A stretch of 64,000 nt of DNA from an uncultured Alphaproteobacteria bacterium (GTDB lineage: Bacteria; Pseudomonadota; Alphaproteobacteria; Rs-D84): NCBI GenBank assembly GCA_947054455.1, contig CAMRWN010000001.1:74966-138965 (forward strand), in the 5' to 3' direction. How positions within the stretch are numbered: position 1 is the first letter of the stretch; each line of letters opens with the position of its first letter. Positions 1 through 9,014 of the stretch are shown here, piece by piece. The notes under the pieces were generated by a model, which saw only the letters and a program-made list of their open reading frames with translations, searched no databases and was not told the DNA's origin. Both the position numbers and the translations under genes were made by a program.

Positions 1-3000
1 GGCGCTCAGTGAATTGCTTTCCGTTGCCTTGACGATTTCGGCATCGGCCTTTTCATTCAGCAGCTTCAATTTCAGAACATGCTGTTCGCGCAGTTCGTCG
101 ATTTTAGCCTGGGCTTCCTTGTTCTTGACCACCAGTTTTTTAACATCCGCCGGCTTTATGCCTTCGAAAACTTCTTCGGTCAGTTTCTTGCCGATAAACG
201 GCTTCAGGCTGCCCGTGCCGTTTTCGATAACCATGCCTTCGGCAATCTGGAATATCTGGTCGGCAAAGCCTTTTTCGATAATGGATGTTTCTTCTTCGCG
301 GTCCTTGTTAATCTTTTCGATTTTCTGCAGTTCAATCATCTGTGTGCGTTCGTCTTTCTTTACGCCATGACGTGTCAAGACGTTTACACCGATAACTGTT
401 CCTTCTTCGTTCGGTCCGACCTTCAGCGAAGTATCCTTTACATTCAGCGCCTTTTCACCAAAGATGTTGCGCAACAGCGCTTCTTCCGGCGTCAGCAGCG
501 TTTCGGATTTCGGTGAAACACGGCCCACCAGAATGTCGCCCTGCTTCACGCGGGCACCGACATATATGATGCCGGATTCGTCCAGGTTTTTCAGTGCTTC
601 TTCGCTGACGTTGGGGATGTCGCGTGTCAGGGTTTCCGGGCCCAACTGCGTATCGCGGACCTTGAATTCCTTTTCCACAATCTTGATGGATGTAAACACG
701 TCGTCGCGGGAAATACGTTCGGAAATAACGATAGAGTCTTCGTAGTTGTATCCACGCCACGGCATGAACGCCACCAGAACATTGCGTCCCAGCGCCAATT
801 CGCCATAGTTCATCGACGAACCGTCCGCGATGATGTCGCCGGCCGCCACGCGGTCGCCAACCTTGACCAACGGTTTCTGATGAATCAGGGTTTCGCTGTT
901 GCTGCGTTCAAATTTTTCCAGATTGTAAATATCAACACCCGTCACGACATTGCGGCTGTTCATGCACTTTACCACAATACGGTTTGCATCAACGGATTCC
1001 ACAACACCGCTGTGCTTTGCCACCTTGCCGGTGCGGGAATCGCGCGCAACTTCGCGTTCAATGCCGGTACCGACCAGCGGGGCCTGAACACGCATCAACG
1101 GCACCGCCTGGCGCTGCATGTTCGAACCCATCAACGCGCGGTTCGCGTCATCGTTTTCAACGAACGGAATCAATCCAGTCGCAATGGACACCACCTGACG
1201 CGGTTCAACGTCAATCAGGTCGATTTCATCTTTGGGAACCATTGTAAATTCGCCGTCTACGCGCGCGGTCACCATGTCTTCGGCCAGAACGCCCGCAGAT
1301 GTTGTCGGGGTGTTTCCCTGTGCGATTTTGTGGCCCAGTTCCTCGTCCGCGGTCAGATACACCATCTTGTCGGTGATTTTGCTGTTCTCAACGACATAGT
1401 ACGGCGTTTCAATAAACCCATAGGGATTTACACGCGCATATGTCGACAAATGGTTAATCAAACCAATGTTCGCACCTTCGGGCGTGTGAATCGGGCACAG
1501 TCTGCCGTAATGTGTGGGATGAACGTCGCGGACGTCGATGCCGGCACGGTCGCGGTTCAAACCACCAGGACCCAGTGCGGAAATCAGACGCTTCTGTTCC
1601 AATTCGGTCAGGGGATTGTACGCTTCCATAAACTGGGACAACTGCGACGTTCCCAAGAATTCGGCAACCAAGGACATCAACGGTTTTACATTGATGGCAT
1701 CCTGGGGCTGCATATTGGCAATATTCGGGCTGGACAGCGCTTCGCGTACCAAGCGTTCGATACGAACCATTCCGGTGCGGAAATTCTGTTCCAGCAATTC
1801 GCCAACCGTGCGGACGCGGCGGTTTGCCAAGTTGTCGATGTCGTCGACAGTGTCCTTGCGGTCGATAATATTTGTCAGCGTCTTCAGCACCGCCAGGAAA
1901 TCTTCCTTGCTCAGCAGACGTTCGTCTTCCGGTTTCTTGCCGGATTCAATTTTCAGACGCTTGTTCATCTTAAAGCGGCCGACCGCGGACAAATCATAAT
2001 ATGCCGCGTCAAATCCTTGGCGCAGGAAGAGGTTTATCGCCGCCTCCAGCGTCGGACGTTCGCCCGGTCTGATGATGTTATAAATTTCAATCAGCGCTTC
2101 TTCGCGGTTCGTTGTCTTGTCCGCCATCAGCGTGTTGCGCATGTGCGCGCTGATTGTGGTGTTGTCAATGGCAATCAACGAGATGTTCTTGACGTTCATC
2201 TTGTCCAAATCAGACAGCACTTCTTCCGTTATTTCGGTACCCGCGGGGAACACGACCTCGTCGCCGGACATGACCGGTTCGAACAGATATTCGCCAACCA
2301 GCGATTCCGGTTTTATGCCAAACGTTTTCGACGTCGTCATAATTTTGCCCAAACGCTTTGCATTCAGGCGGTCGCCCTTGGACGCCATCGCCTTTTTATC
2401 CTTGGGGTTAATCAGGTCATAGTTCAAGCGATATTTATCCAGACCTTCGAAGCTGGCGACATCGCCAGTCCACATCGCGCCGTCAAACGACAGCGGTATG
2501 CGCTGATAGAACGCGTCCAGAATTTCCGTGTCGGACATGCCGCGAATTGATGTCTTGCGCGGGTCGGCCAGCCATTTCTTTTCATCTTCGGCCGTCGGCA
2601 GACAACGCAGCAGCACCGTCGCAGGAACCTTGCGGCGACGGTCGATACGAACATAGATAACGCCTTTGGCTTCTTCAAAATCAATCCAGCTGCCGTGTTC
2701 GGGAATGATACGCGCAGTATATGTCGTCGGATTTCCCGCAACTTTCGATTCTTTGGTGGTTGCAAACACAACGCCCTGGGCACGGTGCATCTGCGAAACA
2801 ATAACACGTTCCACACCCGATGCGATAAAGCTGCCGCGTTCAGTCATAAGCGGCACTTCGCCCATAAATATTTCTTGTTCCTTGATATCGCGCAAAGTCT
2901 TTTTGCCGTCTTCGGCGACATCCCATAAAATCAATCTCAGCTTCAATTTCAGCTTGCTGGAATATGTCATATTGCGCAGCATGCATTCTTTTACATTATA

Positions 3001-3237
3001 CACAGGCTTGTCCAGCGTGTATTCCACGAACTCCAGGTCCGCGATACCCGCATAATCCTTGATTGGGAACATGGAAGAAAACACGTTCTGCAATCCGATG
3101 TTTTTACGGTTTTGCGGCTCGACGTCTGCCTGCAGGAAATCTTTGTAGGAATTGTATTGAATTTCAACCAAATCTGGAAGCGGAGTTTGCAAAAAACTTT
3201 TACCAAAAGATTTTCTAAGTTTCTGGATAACTGCCAT
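1..3237 (-). CDS. rpoB: DNA-directed RNA polymerase subunit beta, N-terminal ~1079 aa; the gene's 3' end runs off the window start
   Basis: The reverse-strand translation from the ATG at 3237..3235 reads MAVIQKLRKSFGKSFLQTPLPDLVEIQYNSYKDF... and continues through conserved RpoB blocks (GPGGLNRDRAGIDVRDVHPTHYGRLCPIHTPEGANIGLI, NMQRQAVPL). There is no stop before position 1. It is absent from the ORF track because it is open-ended. Confidence 0.95.
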   Translation of the reverse strand, partial: MAVIQKLRKSFGKSFLQTPLPDLVEIQYNSYKDFLQADVEPQNRKNIGLQNVFSSMFPIKDYAGIADLEFVEYTLDKPVYNVKECMLRNMTYSSKLKLKLRLILWDVAEDGKKTLRDIKEQEIFMGEVPLMTERGSFIASGVERVIVSQMHRAQGVVFATTKESKVAGNPTTYTARIIPEHGSWIDFEEAKGVIYVRIDRRRKVPATVLLRCLPTAEDEKKWLADPRKTSIRGMSDTEILDAFYQRIPLSFDGAMWTGDVASFEGLDKYRLNYDLINPKDKKAMASKGDRLNAKRLGKIMTTSKTFGIKPESLVGEYLFEPVMSGDEVVFPAGTEITEEVLSDLDKMNVKNISLIAIDNTTISAHMRNTLMADKTTNREEALIEIYNIIRPGERPTLEAAINLFLRQGFDAAYYDLSAVGRFKMNKRLKIESGKKPEDERLLSKEDFLAVLKTLTNIIDRKDTVDDIDNLANRRVRTVGELLEQNFRTGMVRIERLVREALSSPNIANMQPQDAINVKPLMSLVAEFLGTSQLSQFMEAYNPLTELEQKRLISALGPGGLNRDRAGIDVRDVHPTHYGRLCPIHTPEGANIGLINHLSTYARVNPYGFIETPYYVVENSKITDKMVYLTADEELGHKIAQGNTPTTSAGVLAEDMVTARVDGEFTMVPKDEIDLIDVEPRQVVSIATGLIPFVENDDANRALMGSNMQRQAVPLMRVQAPLVGTGIEREVARDSRTGKVAKHSGVVESVDANRIVVKCMNSRNVVTGVDIYNLEKFERSNSETLIHQKPLVKVGDRVAAGDIIADGSSMNYGELALGRNVLVAFMPWRGYNYEDSIVISERISRDDVFTSIKIVEKEFKVRDTQLGPETLTRDIPNVSEEALKNLDESGIIYVGARVKQGDILVGRVSPKSETLLTPEEALLRNIFGEKALNVKDTSLKVGPNEEGTVIGVNVLTRHGVKKDERTQMIELQKIEKINKDREEETSIIEKGFADQIFQIAEGMVIENGTGSLKPFIGKKLTEEVFEGIKPADVKKLVVKNKEAQAKIDELREQHVLKLKLLNEKADAEIVKATESNSLSA

Positions 3238-3399
3238 GGGTATCAATCCTTTTTATTTGTGCGTTTTGCAAACGAAAATGTTTGTCTACATTTTACGCCT
3301 GTATGCCCGCTTGGGAATTTCATCCCCAAGCGGGCGTTGGCGGCCGCATATAAACCTGCGGCAAGTTTTTATAAAGAACCCGAAAGGTTCAAGACCGAA

Positions 3400-3765
3400 T
3401 TACTTCAATTCAATCTTGGCACCCGCCGCTTCCAATGTCGCCTTCATTTTTTCGGCTTCATCTTTGGCAACGGCTTCCTTCACGGCCTTCGGCGCGGATT
3501 CGACCAAAGCCTTGGCTTCGCCCAGGCCCAGACCAGTGATGTCTTTGACGGCCTTGATAACAGCCAGTTTGTTCGCACCGACTTCGGCCAGAACAACGTC
3601 GAATTCCGACTTTTCTTCCGCGGCGGCGGCAGCCGGGCCGGCTGCAACTGCAACAGCGGCGGCGGCGGAAACGCCCCATGTTTCTTCCAACGCCTTGGAC
3701 AGTTCAACAGCTTCCAAAACGCTCAATTTTGACAATTCTTCAACCAACTTTTGAATGTCTGCCAT
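3400..3765 (-). CDS. rplL: 50S ribosomal protein L7/L12
   Basis: The 121-aa ORF reads [32 protein letters not shown]... with an Ala-rich hinge and the C-terminal [12 protein letters not shown] motif. It sits in the canonical position downstream of rplJ. Confidence 0.95.
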   Translation of the reverse strand: MADIQKLVEELSKLSVLEAVELSKALEETWGVSAAAAVAVAAGPAAAAAEEKSEFDVVLAEVGANKLAVIKAVKDITGLGLGEAKALVESAPKAVKEAVAKDEAEKMKATLEAAGAKIELK

Positions 3766-3813
3766 TTTATTACTCCTATTCAGTAATTCAGAATGTTGCC
3801 ATTCTGCATGTTA

Positions 3814-4290
3814 TTAATTCTTTTTTCCATACTCTGCGGAAACGCGTGCCAAGCGCGAGGCCGGTTCGACCAAAATACGCGCGATTGTACCGCGGATTTC
3901 CAACAGGGAAGGAAGCTTGGATAATTGCACAACGCCGGCCTGATCCAGAACGTCCGCATCCATTTTACCGCCGACAATGGTCAAATTCGGATGTGATTCC
4001 GCAAACTTGGCCAATACTTTGGTAACCGCCAGTCCGTCCGTCGCAACAGCGACCGCGGTCGGGCGTTTCATCATATCGGATACGGGTTCGAAATCGGTGT
4101 CTTTCAACGCCAATTTCATCAAACGGTTTTTAACGACTTTGAACAATGAAACCAACGGGCGCAGTTCATTGCGCAAGGATTCCATTTCTTTAACAGTCAA
4201 GCCGTGGTTTTCAATAATGAAAACACCGTTCGCTTCTTTCAAGGACGACTGCAACGCTGAAATCAAATCTGATTTTTCTTCGCGTCTCAT
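3814..4290 (-). CDS. rplJ: 50S ribosomal protein L10
   Basis: A 158-aa ORF lying between rplA and rplL in the conserved order. Size and composition fit L10. Confidence 0.85.
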   Translation of the reverse strand: MRREEKSDLISALQSSLKEANGVFIIENHGLTVKEMESLRNELRPLVSLFKVVKNRLMKLALKDTDFEPVSDMMKRPTAVAVATDGLAVTKVLAKFAESHPNLTIVGGKMDADVLDQAGVVQLSKLPSLLEIRGTIARILVEPASRLARVSAEYGKKN

Positions 4291-4463
4291 CTATCTACCC
4301 TTACTTCTTCTTTTGTTAACTTTCCATGCCGGTCGCCCGGAATGGGGCCATTTTCCTGCCCCAAAGAATTTTTTCTTTGTCTATGATGGAAATTAAGCGT
4401 TATGCACCATCAGTCTCGGACAGAAATCTGTTTGGCGCGACGCCGTGCGGCGCCGCGCTGTTA
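4291..4463 (-). promoter_or_regulatory. rplJ leader region, probable L10(L12)4 autoregulatory leader
   Basis: There is a 173-nt untranslated gap between rplA and rplJ. In bacteria this leader is the established autoregulatory site for L10. The structure itself was not verified. Confidence 0.3.
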
Positions 4464-5138
4464 TTATTTTGTTTCGACCTTCAGACCCGGTCCCTGGGTT
4501 GTCGCGATTGCCGCACCCAAGATATACTGGCCCTTGGCGGACGCAGGCTTAATCTTTTTCAGCTGATCAATCAACGCTGTCGCGTTTTCAACCAACTGCT
4601 GCGTCGTGAAAGACATTTTGCCGATACCGGCGTGGATGATGCCCTTCTTTTCCGCACGATATTCAATCTGGCCGGCCTTGGCTGTCGCAACAGCTTCGGC
4701 AACGTTGTTTGTAACCGTACCCAGTTTCGGATTCGGCATCAAACCTTTCGGGCCCAGGATGCGCGCGATTTTAGACATCTTCGGCATCATGTCCGGGGTC
4801 GCAATTACGCGGTCGAAATCAATTTCGCCGTTTGCAACCTTTTCAATCAGGTCTTCACCGCCTACAACATCGGCACCCGCCTTTTTGGCTTCGTCCTGGC
4901 TGTTGATTGTAAAGACGGCAACGCGAACTGTCTTGCCCGTGCCGTTCGGCAGGGACAGCATGCCGCGAATATTCTGATCGGCCTTGGTCACGTCAATACC
5001 CAGACGGATGGCGATTTCCAAGCTTTCGTCAAATTTCTTGGACGCATACGGACGCAGGGCTTCAATCGCATCGGCGATTGCATAAACCTTTTCACGGTCC
5101 AGGTTGGCCCATGTTTTTTGTCTTTTCGTCAGTTTCAT
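4464..5138 (-). CDS. rplA: 50S ribosomal protein L1
   Basis: A 224-aa ORF with typical L1 sequence (..GKTVRVAVF.., ..AKKAGADVVGGEDLIEKV..) in the conserved rplK-rplA order. Confidence 0.95.
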   Translation of the reverse strand: MKLTKRQKTWANLDREKVYAIADAIEALRPYASKKFDESLEIAIRLGIDVTKADQNIRGMLSLPNGTGKTVRVAVFTINSQDEAKKAGADVVGGEDLIEKVANGEIDFDRVIATPDMMPKMSKIARILGPKGLMPNPKLGTVTNNVAEAVATAKAGQIEYRAEKKGIIHAGIGKMSFTTQQLVENATALIDQLKKIKPASAKGQYILGAAIATTQGPGLKVETK

Positions 5139-5141
5139 GTC

Positions 5142-5573
5142 TTATTCCTCCACCTTTACGCCCATAGAACGGCACTGACCCGCAACGATGTTCATCGCAG
5201 ATTCAATGGTAGAGCAATTCAAGTCCGGCATTTTCGCTTCCGCGATTTGCTTGATTTGGTCTTTGGAAATTGTTCCAACGAAATCACGACCCGGCTTGTG
5301 TGAACCGATTTTCAACTTCAACGCCTTTTTGATGTAATAGGACACCGGCGGCAGCTTCATGATAAATTCAAAGCTGCGGTCCGTATAAACCGTGATAATG
5401 CACGGAATCGGCATACCCGGTTCCTTGTCAGACGTTTTGTCGTTAAACTGTTTGCAGAATTCGGCGATGTTTACACCCGCCGCACCCAACGCCGGTCCAA
5501 TCGGAGGCGCAGGATTTGCCTGTTTTGCAGGGACGACCAGTTTGACCAGTCCCTTTACTTCTTTTTTTGCCAT
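5142..5573 (-). CDS. rplK: 50S ribosomal protein L11
   Basis: The 143-aa ORF reads [30 protein letters not shown]... and carries the L11 PPIGPALG motif. Confidence 0.95.
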   Translation of the reverse strand: MAKKEVKGLVKLVVPAKQANPAPPIGPALGAAGVNIAEFCKQFNDKTSDKEPGMPIPCIITVYTDRSFEFIMKLPPVSYYIKKALKLKIGSHKPGRDFVGTISKDQIKQIAEAKMPDLNCSTIESAMNIVAGQCRSMGVKVEE

Positions 5574-5668
5574 TTTTTCACTCCATTTCTTTGGTTAGTG
5601 TCGTGGTACGATGTGGCGCATCCACCACCTGATTTGCGGCTTTTACTAAAACCGCGGAAAACTTTCTG

Positions 5669-6202
5669 TTATACGCGCTCGACCTGTTCAAAGTCCAATT
5701 CAACGCTGGTTTCGCGACCAAATACCAAAATGGTCACGGTCATCTTTTGCTTTATATTATCAACCTCGGACGCGATACCGTTAAAGCCCGCGAACGGCCC
5801 GTCGATAACATGCACTTCCTGTCCTACTTCGTATTCAATATCGTCAGATACTACACTGCCTTCCTCGACCTGCTTTTGCAGACGGCGTGCTTCTTCCTCG
5901 CTGACGGCGATGGGTTTGTTTTTCGCACCCAGGAACATAACCACCTGGGGCATCAGCTTAACCAGCGAAAACGTTTCGTTGTTCAGAACCATCTGAACGA
6001 CGATATAACCCGGGAAAAATTTCTTTTCAGATTTTACGCGCTTGCCGCCCTTGATTTCCGTGATTTCACGCGTCGGCACCAAAATTTCACCAAACAACGC
6101 GTTCAGACGCCGCTTGTCAATCTGTTCACGCAGACCGCGCGCAACCTTGTCTTCGCACCCGGTATGAACATTAACGACGAACCACTGCATTTTGTCTTCC
6201 AT
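5669..6202 (-). CDS. nusG: Transcription termination/antitermination factor NusG
   Basis: A 177-aa ORF with an NGN domain (WFVVNVHTGCEDKV) and a C-terminal KOW region (GQEVHVIDGPFAGFNGI). It is in the conserved position between secE and rplK. Confidence 0.9.
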   Translation of the reverse strand: MEDKMQWFVVNVHTGCEDKVARGLREQIDKRRLNALFGEILVPTREITEIKGGKRVKSEKKFFPGYIVVQMVLNNETFSLVKLMPQVVMFLGAKNKPIAVSEEEARRLQKQVEEGSVVSDDIEYEVGQEVHVIDGPFAGFNGIASEVDNIKQKMTVTILVFGRETSVELDFEQVERV

Positions 6203-6223
6203 TGCGCACTTCCTTTGCCAGTG

Positions 6224-6403
6224 TTAGAAAATCCAACCAACAATCGCGTTCAGCACACTGTCCACAACAAAAAAGAACAGCGCCGCCAAACCTGAAAACA
6301 CCAGAATCATAATCGTTGCACGTACAACACTGTCGCGCGACGGCCATACAATCTTGAACCATTCACTGCGCACCGATTTAATATATTCCAGTATTTTTTT
6401 CAT
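6224..6403 (-). CDS. secE: Preprotein translocase subunit SecE (59 aa, below the ORF-track cutoff)
   Basis: Manual reverse-strand translation gives MKKILEYIKSVRSEWFKIVWPSRDSVVRATIMILVFSGLAALFFFVVDSVLNAIVGWIF*. It has a single TM helix and the SecE signature (EL/V.KV.WPSR), and sits between tRNA-Trp and nusG. Confidence 0.85.
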   Translation of the reverse strand: MKKILEYIKSVRSEWFKIVWPSRDSVVRATIMILVFSGLAALFFFVVDSVLNAIVGWIF

Positions 6404-6455
6404 AAAACTTTATCCAATGTTGCCACTTTCCCTATCTATCCCAGGTTCAGCAATC

Positions 6456-6529
6456 TGGCAGGGGCAGAAGGAATCGAACCCTCATCCGCGGTTTTGGAGA
6501 CCGATATTCTACCGTTGAACTATGCCCCT
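6456..6529 (-). tRNA. trnW: tRNA-Trp (anticodon CCA)
   Basis: The reverse complement is AGGGGCATAGTTCAACGGTAGAATATCGGTCTCCAAAACCGCGGATGAGGGTTCGATTCCTTCTGCCCCTGCCA. It folds as a cloverleaf with anticodon loop CTCCAAA, a GGTTCGATTCC T-arm and a 3' CCA, and is close to E. coli tRNA-Trp. Confidence 0.9.
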
Positions 6530-6667
6530 ACTGTGCAAATTTACCGACCTTGCGTACCGCCGTACCCCGATAGTCTGCGCTAAGATAGCACATCAATACG
6601 AAAAATCAAGCAGAAAGTATTATATGATTTTAATCGCGAATGTGCAAGTAAAAATTCAAGTTATCTT

Positions 6668-6677
6668 TTGTATAATC
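6668..6677 (+). promoter_or_regulatory. Extended -10 promoter element TTGTATAATC upstream of virB8
   Basis: A TGnTATAAT-type extended -10 lies ~78 nt upstream of the virB8 GTG start. It is related to, but not identical with, the TGTGATATAAT motif found elsewhere in the window. Confidence 0.4.
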
Positions 6678-6754
6678 TGTATTTTATGCACTTTTTGCTT
6701 GCGCATGTCCGCCGTTTTTTTCTACAATCGCATTATCACGAGGGGGAGAAAAAC

Positions 6755-7432
6755 GTGCAAAACCGCATAGAACCGCCAATTTTGCTATCCAGACTGCTGA
6801 CATTCACATTTGCCGCGGCCTTGGTTGTGCTGTTCGCGCTGGTCATGACACTGGCAAAAATGTTTCCCCTGAACCGGCCCGAAGTGTTTTTTCTGACGAC
6901 CCAGAATCCCGCAAATCTGGAAATGTATGTCAATGAAATGCCGCCGGACGATGCAAATATGGATAATTACAAGCGCATGTTCATACGCGAATACATCAAG
7001 GCCAGGAACGAGGTTAATCCCGCACCATCGGCCATGGCAAAGAAATGGAACGCGGCCGACGGCGTTGTACGCACATGGTCCGCGACCGACGTGTTCGCCG
7101 ATTTTATGCAAACCGCGCTGTGGACAGACCTGATGACGGACGCACCGGATTTCGATTTTTCCTGTTCGGTGGAGTTCAAACCGGGCGCCATAACAAAATA
7201 TTCGACGGACGGCAGTACATATACCGTAAATTTTGCCTGGTTTTGCACAGATAATTATGGACAGACCGCCAAAAAAGATTATACAATAAAGATAAAGCTG
7301 GCAACAGACGACAACGCCGCGTTAAAATGGGCGGACCGGTTGGAAAATCCGTTGGGGATTCGCGTTGTAGAATATTCGGTCGAATCCGGCAACGGCGACC
7401 CACTGAACGCACTGGGGTCGGCAAGACAATAA
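6755..7432 (+). CDS. virB8: Type IV secretion system VirB8-like protein
   Basis: The ORF runs in frame from 6668, but the best start is the GTG at 6755, preceded by a strong RBS (GAGGGGGAGAAAAAC). The protein is ~225 aa with a short cytoplasmic N-terminus, one TM helix (LLTFTFAAALVVLFALVMTL) and a periplasmic domain that ends in the VirB8-family NPLGxxV signature (ENPLGIRVVEY). It is followed by virB9 and virB10 homologues. Confidence 0.8.
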   Translation: MQNRIEPPILLSRLLTFTFAAALVVLFALVMTLAKMFPLNRPEVFFLTTQNPANLEMYVNEMPPDDANMDNYKRMFIREYIKARNEVNPAPSAMAKKWNAADGVVRTWSATDVFADFMQTALWTDLMTDAPDFDFSCSVEFKPGAITKYSTDGSTYTVNFAWFCTDNYGQTAKKDYTIKIKLATDDNAALKWADRLENPLGIRVVEYSVESGNGDPLNALGSARQ

Positions 7433-7451
7433 CCACACCGAAACGGAAGGA

Positions 7452-8990
7452 ATGGGCATGACGTTTTCAAGAGTGATAAAATTAAATATTTCCGCACTGT
7501 GTCTGGTTGGCACATGCTTTGCCGCAGAACCTGCCATGTTCGGCATTCAAGAGGCGTGGGACAACCCCAACGCCAACATGGCCGCAGGCAGCATAAAGCC
7601 CGGATACGCACAACTGCCGTGGTCCCAGGGCAGTGTTTTGCCAATCAAGCTGCGCAACGGAATGGTTACGATGCTGACCCTGCCCAACGGTGAACAGATT
7701 GCGGACGCCGTCGTCGGTGATTCCGGCAAGTTTGTGATTGATACGACGGTCGGCGACCGCACCATGTTCATTTCGCCAGAGGCATCAAACCAAGGCAGCG
7801 ACACAAACATGATTGTGACGGGCAAATCCGGAAACAAATACATATTCTATCTGCGGGCAGAACCGTCAAATTCCAGCGAAATCACATATTCCCAGGTTGA
7901 CGTCATACTGGACGGGAACGCGGTACTGCCGGGTGCGTCAGCGTCGGCGACCGGCGCCCAGTCAACCGGAAAGATGAGTTCGATATTTAAAAAATCGACG
8001 TCGGGCGCAGCGGGCGTTGTCGGCGTTGACGGCGAAGATTACGGCTGGATAAAATCAATGAAAATCGACCCGTCGGAATTCCGTTTCGATTTGGACATAT
8101 TCGTGCCGAACCCCGACGATTATGTCATCGCGCCGGAACGCGTGTGGCGCGACAGAATATTTACATATATTGATTTCGGGGACAAGGTTATCGCAATGAC
8201 ACAGCGACCGGTGGTTTCACTGTTGGTCGAAGGTGGCGAATCCCCGGTCGGATTCCGCACGGACGGCGAAGACGGCCGCCTGTTGATAGTAGAGGCGGTT
8301 GGCGACATGGTTCTGCGCAGCGGACAGCGCATTGTCTGCATCAAAAAGCGTGAAAAGCCGTTCCTGATTGCCGACACGGCGTCGGTCATGGCCCTGGCAG
8401 AGGCGAATGTCGCCCAATCCATGATGTCCGGACAGTCGCTGAACAATATTGCATACACAATGGACCAGAACGCGATAAACGCGGCCGGGATAAATTATAC
8501 TGGCACGCCTGTGATGATTGGCAACACCGCATCAAGTGCCGGCGCGGGATACTACATGCCGGCGGGATTTTCCACCGCCGCCACATACGGCGCAACACCG
8601 ACGGGCACCCCCGTCATGATGCCGACCGAAAGAATAACGGCGGGTTCATATTTGCCGCAATCAAACATACCGCTGATTACCAGCAACCAATCCGGGGTCG
8701 CGGTGGAACTGAAATCCGATACATCAATCAAGGCACTGGACGAATACTGGGTTGGCCTGCTGGCAAAATTCAGCGGCGAAAACGGTGTGGGCGTGCTGAC
8801 CCCTTACAAGGACATGGTGTTCTTTGCGGTTGACGAACAGGGTGTCGGTGATTTGGGCGCGGGTTCGTCAACGGCGCGCCTGTATCGCCTGCGCATAGGG
8901 CCGATGTCAGATATTGAAACCGCGCAGAAACTGTGCGACCAGCTGTTGAAGTTCAGCGGCGCCAGCTGCAGCGTGGTGCGCATCCAGTAA
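7452..8990 (+). CDS. virB9: Type IV secretion system VirB9/TrbG-like protein with a C-terminal extension carrying a SPOR-like domain
   Basis: It has a signal peptide (ALCLVGTCFAAEP). The N-terminal domain matches the VirB9 pattern (VVGDSGKFVIDTT...TNMIVTGKSGNKYIFYLRA). The VirB9 C-terminal domain is present (IFTYIDFGDKVIAMTQ...LLIVEAVGDMVLRSGQRIVCIKK). An extra ~200 aa of Gly/Ala/Thr-rich sequence then ends in LYRLRIGPMSDIETAQKLCDQLLKFSGASCSVVRI, which resembles the second half of a SPOR peptidoglycan-binding domain. Confidence 0.8.
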   Translation: MGMTFSRVIKLNISALCLVGTCFAAEPAMFGIQEAWDNPNANMAAGSIKPGYAQLPWSQGSVLPIKLRNGMVTMLTLPNGEQIADAVVGDSGKFVIDTTVGDRTMFISPEASNQGSDTNMIVTGKSGNKYIFYLRAEPSNSSEITYSQVDVILDGNAVLPGASASATGAQSTGKMSSIFKKSTSGAAGVVGVDGEDYGWIKSMKIDPSEFRFDLDIFVPNPDDYVIAPERVWRDRIFTYIDFGDKVIAMTQRPVVSLLVEGGESPVGFRTDGEDGRLLIVEAVGDMVLRSGQRIVCIKKREKPFLIADTASVMALAEANVAQSMMSGQSLNNIAYTMDQNAINAAGINYTGTPVMIGNTASSAGAGYYMPAGFSTAATYGATPTGTPVMMPTERITAGSYLPQSNIPLITSNQSGVAVELKSDTSIKALDEYWVGLLAKFSGENGVGVLTPYKDMVFFAVDEQGVGDLGAGSSTARLYRLRIGPMSDIETAQKLCDQLLKFSGASCSVVRIQ

Positions 8991-9014
8991 ACCGACAAAC
9001 GCGGCGGATATGTT

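Noticed and set aside
880-2550. Long 556-aa plus-strand ORF, plus others at 14..516 and 2666..3055
   Set aside because: It lies entirely antisense to rpoB, whose reverse-strand translation is unmistakable. Long antisense ORFs are expected in ~60% GC DNA. It has no RBS and no homology-like features.
6668-6754. N-terminal 29-codon extension of the virB8 ORF from the ATG at 6668
   Set aside because: The extension (MYNLYFMHFLL…) has no RBS and overlaps the promoter region. A strong GAGGGGGAG RBS precedes the GTG at 6755, giving a VirB8-typical length.
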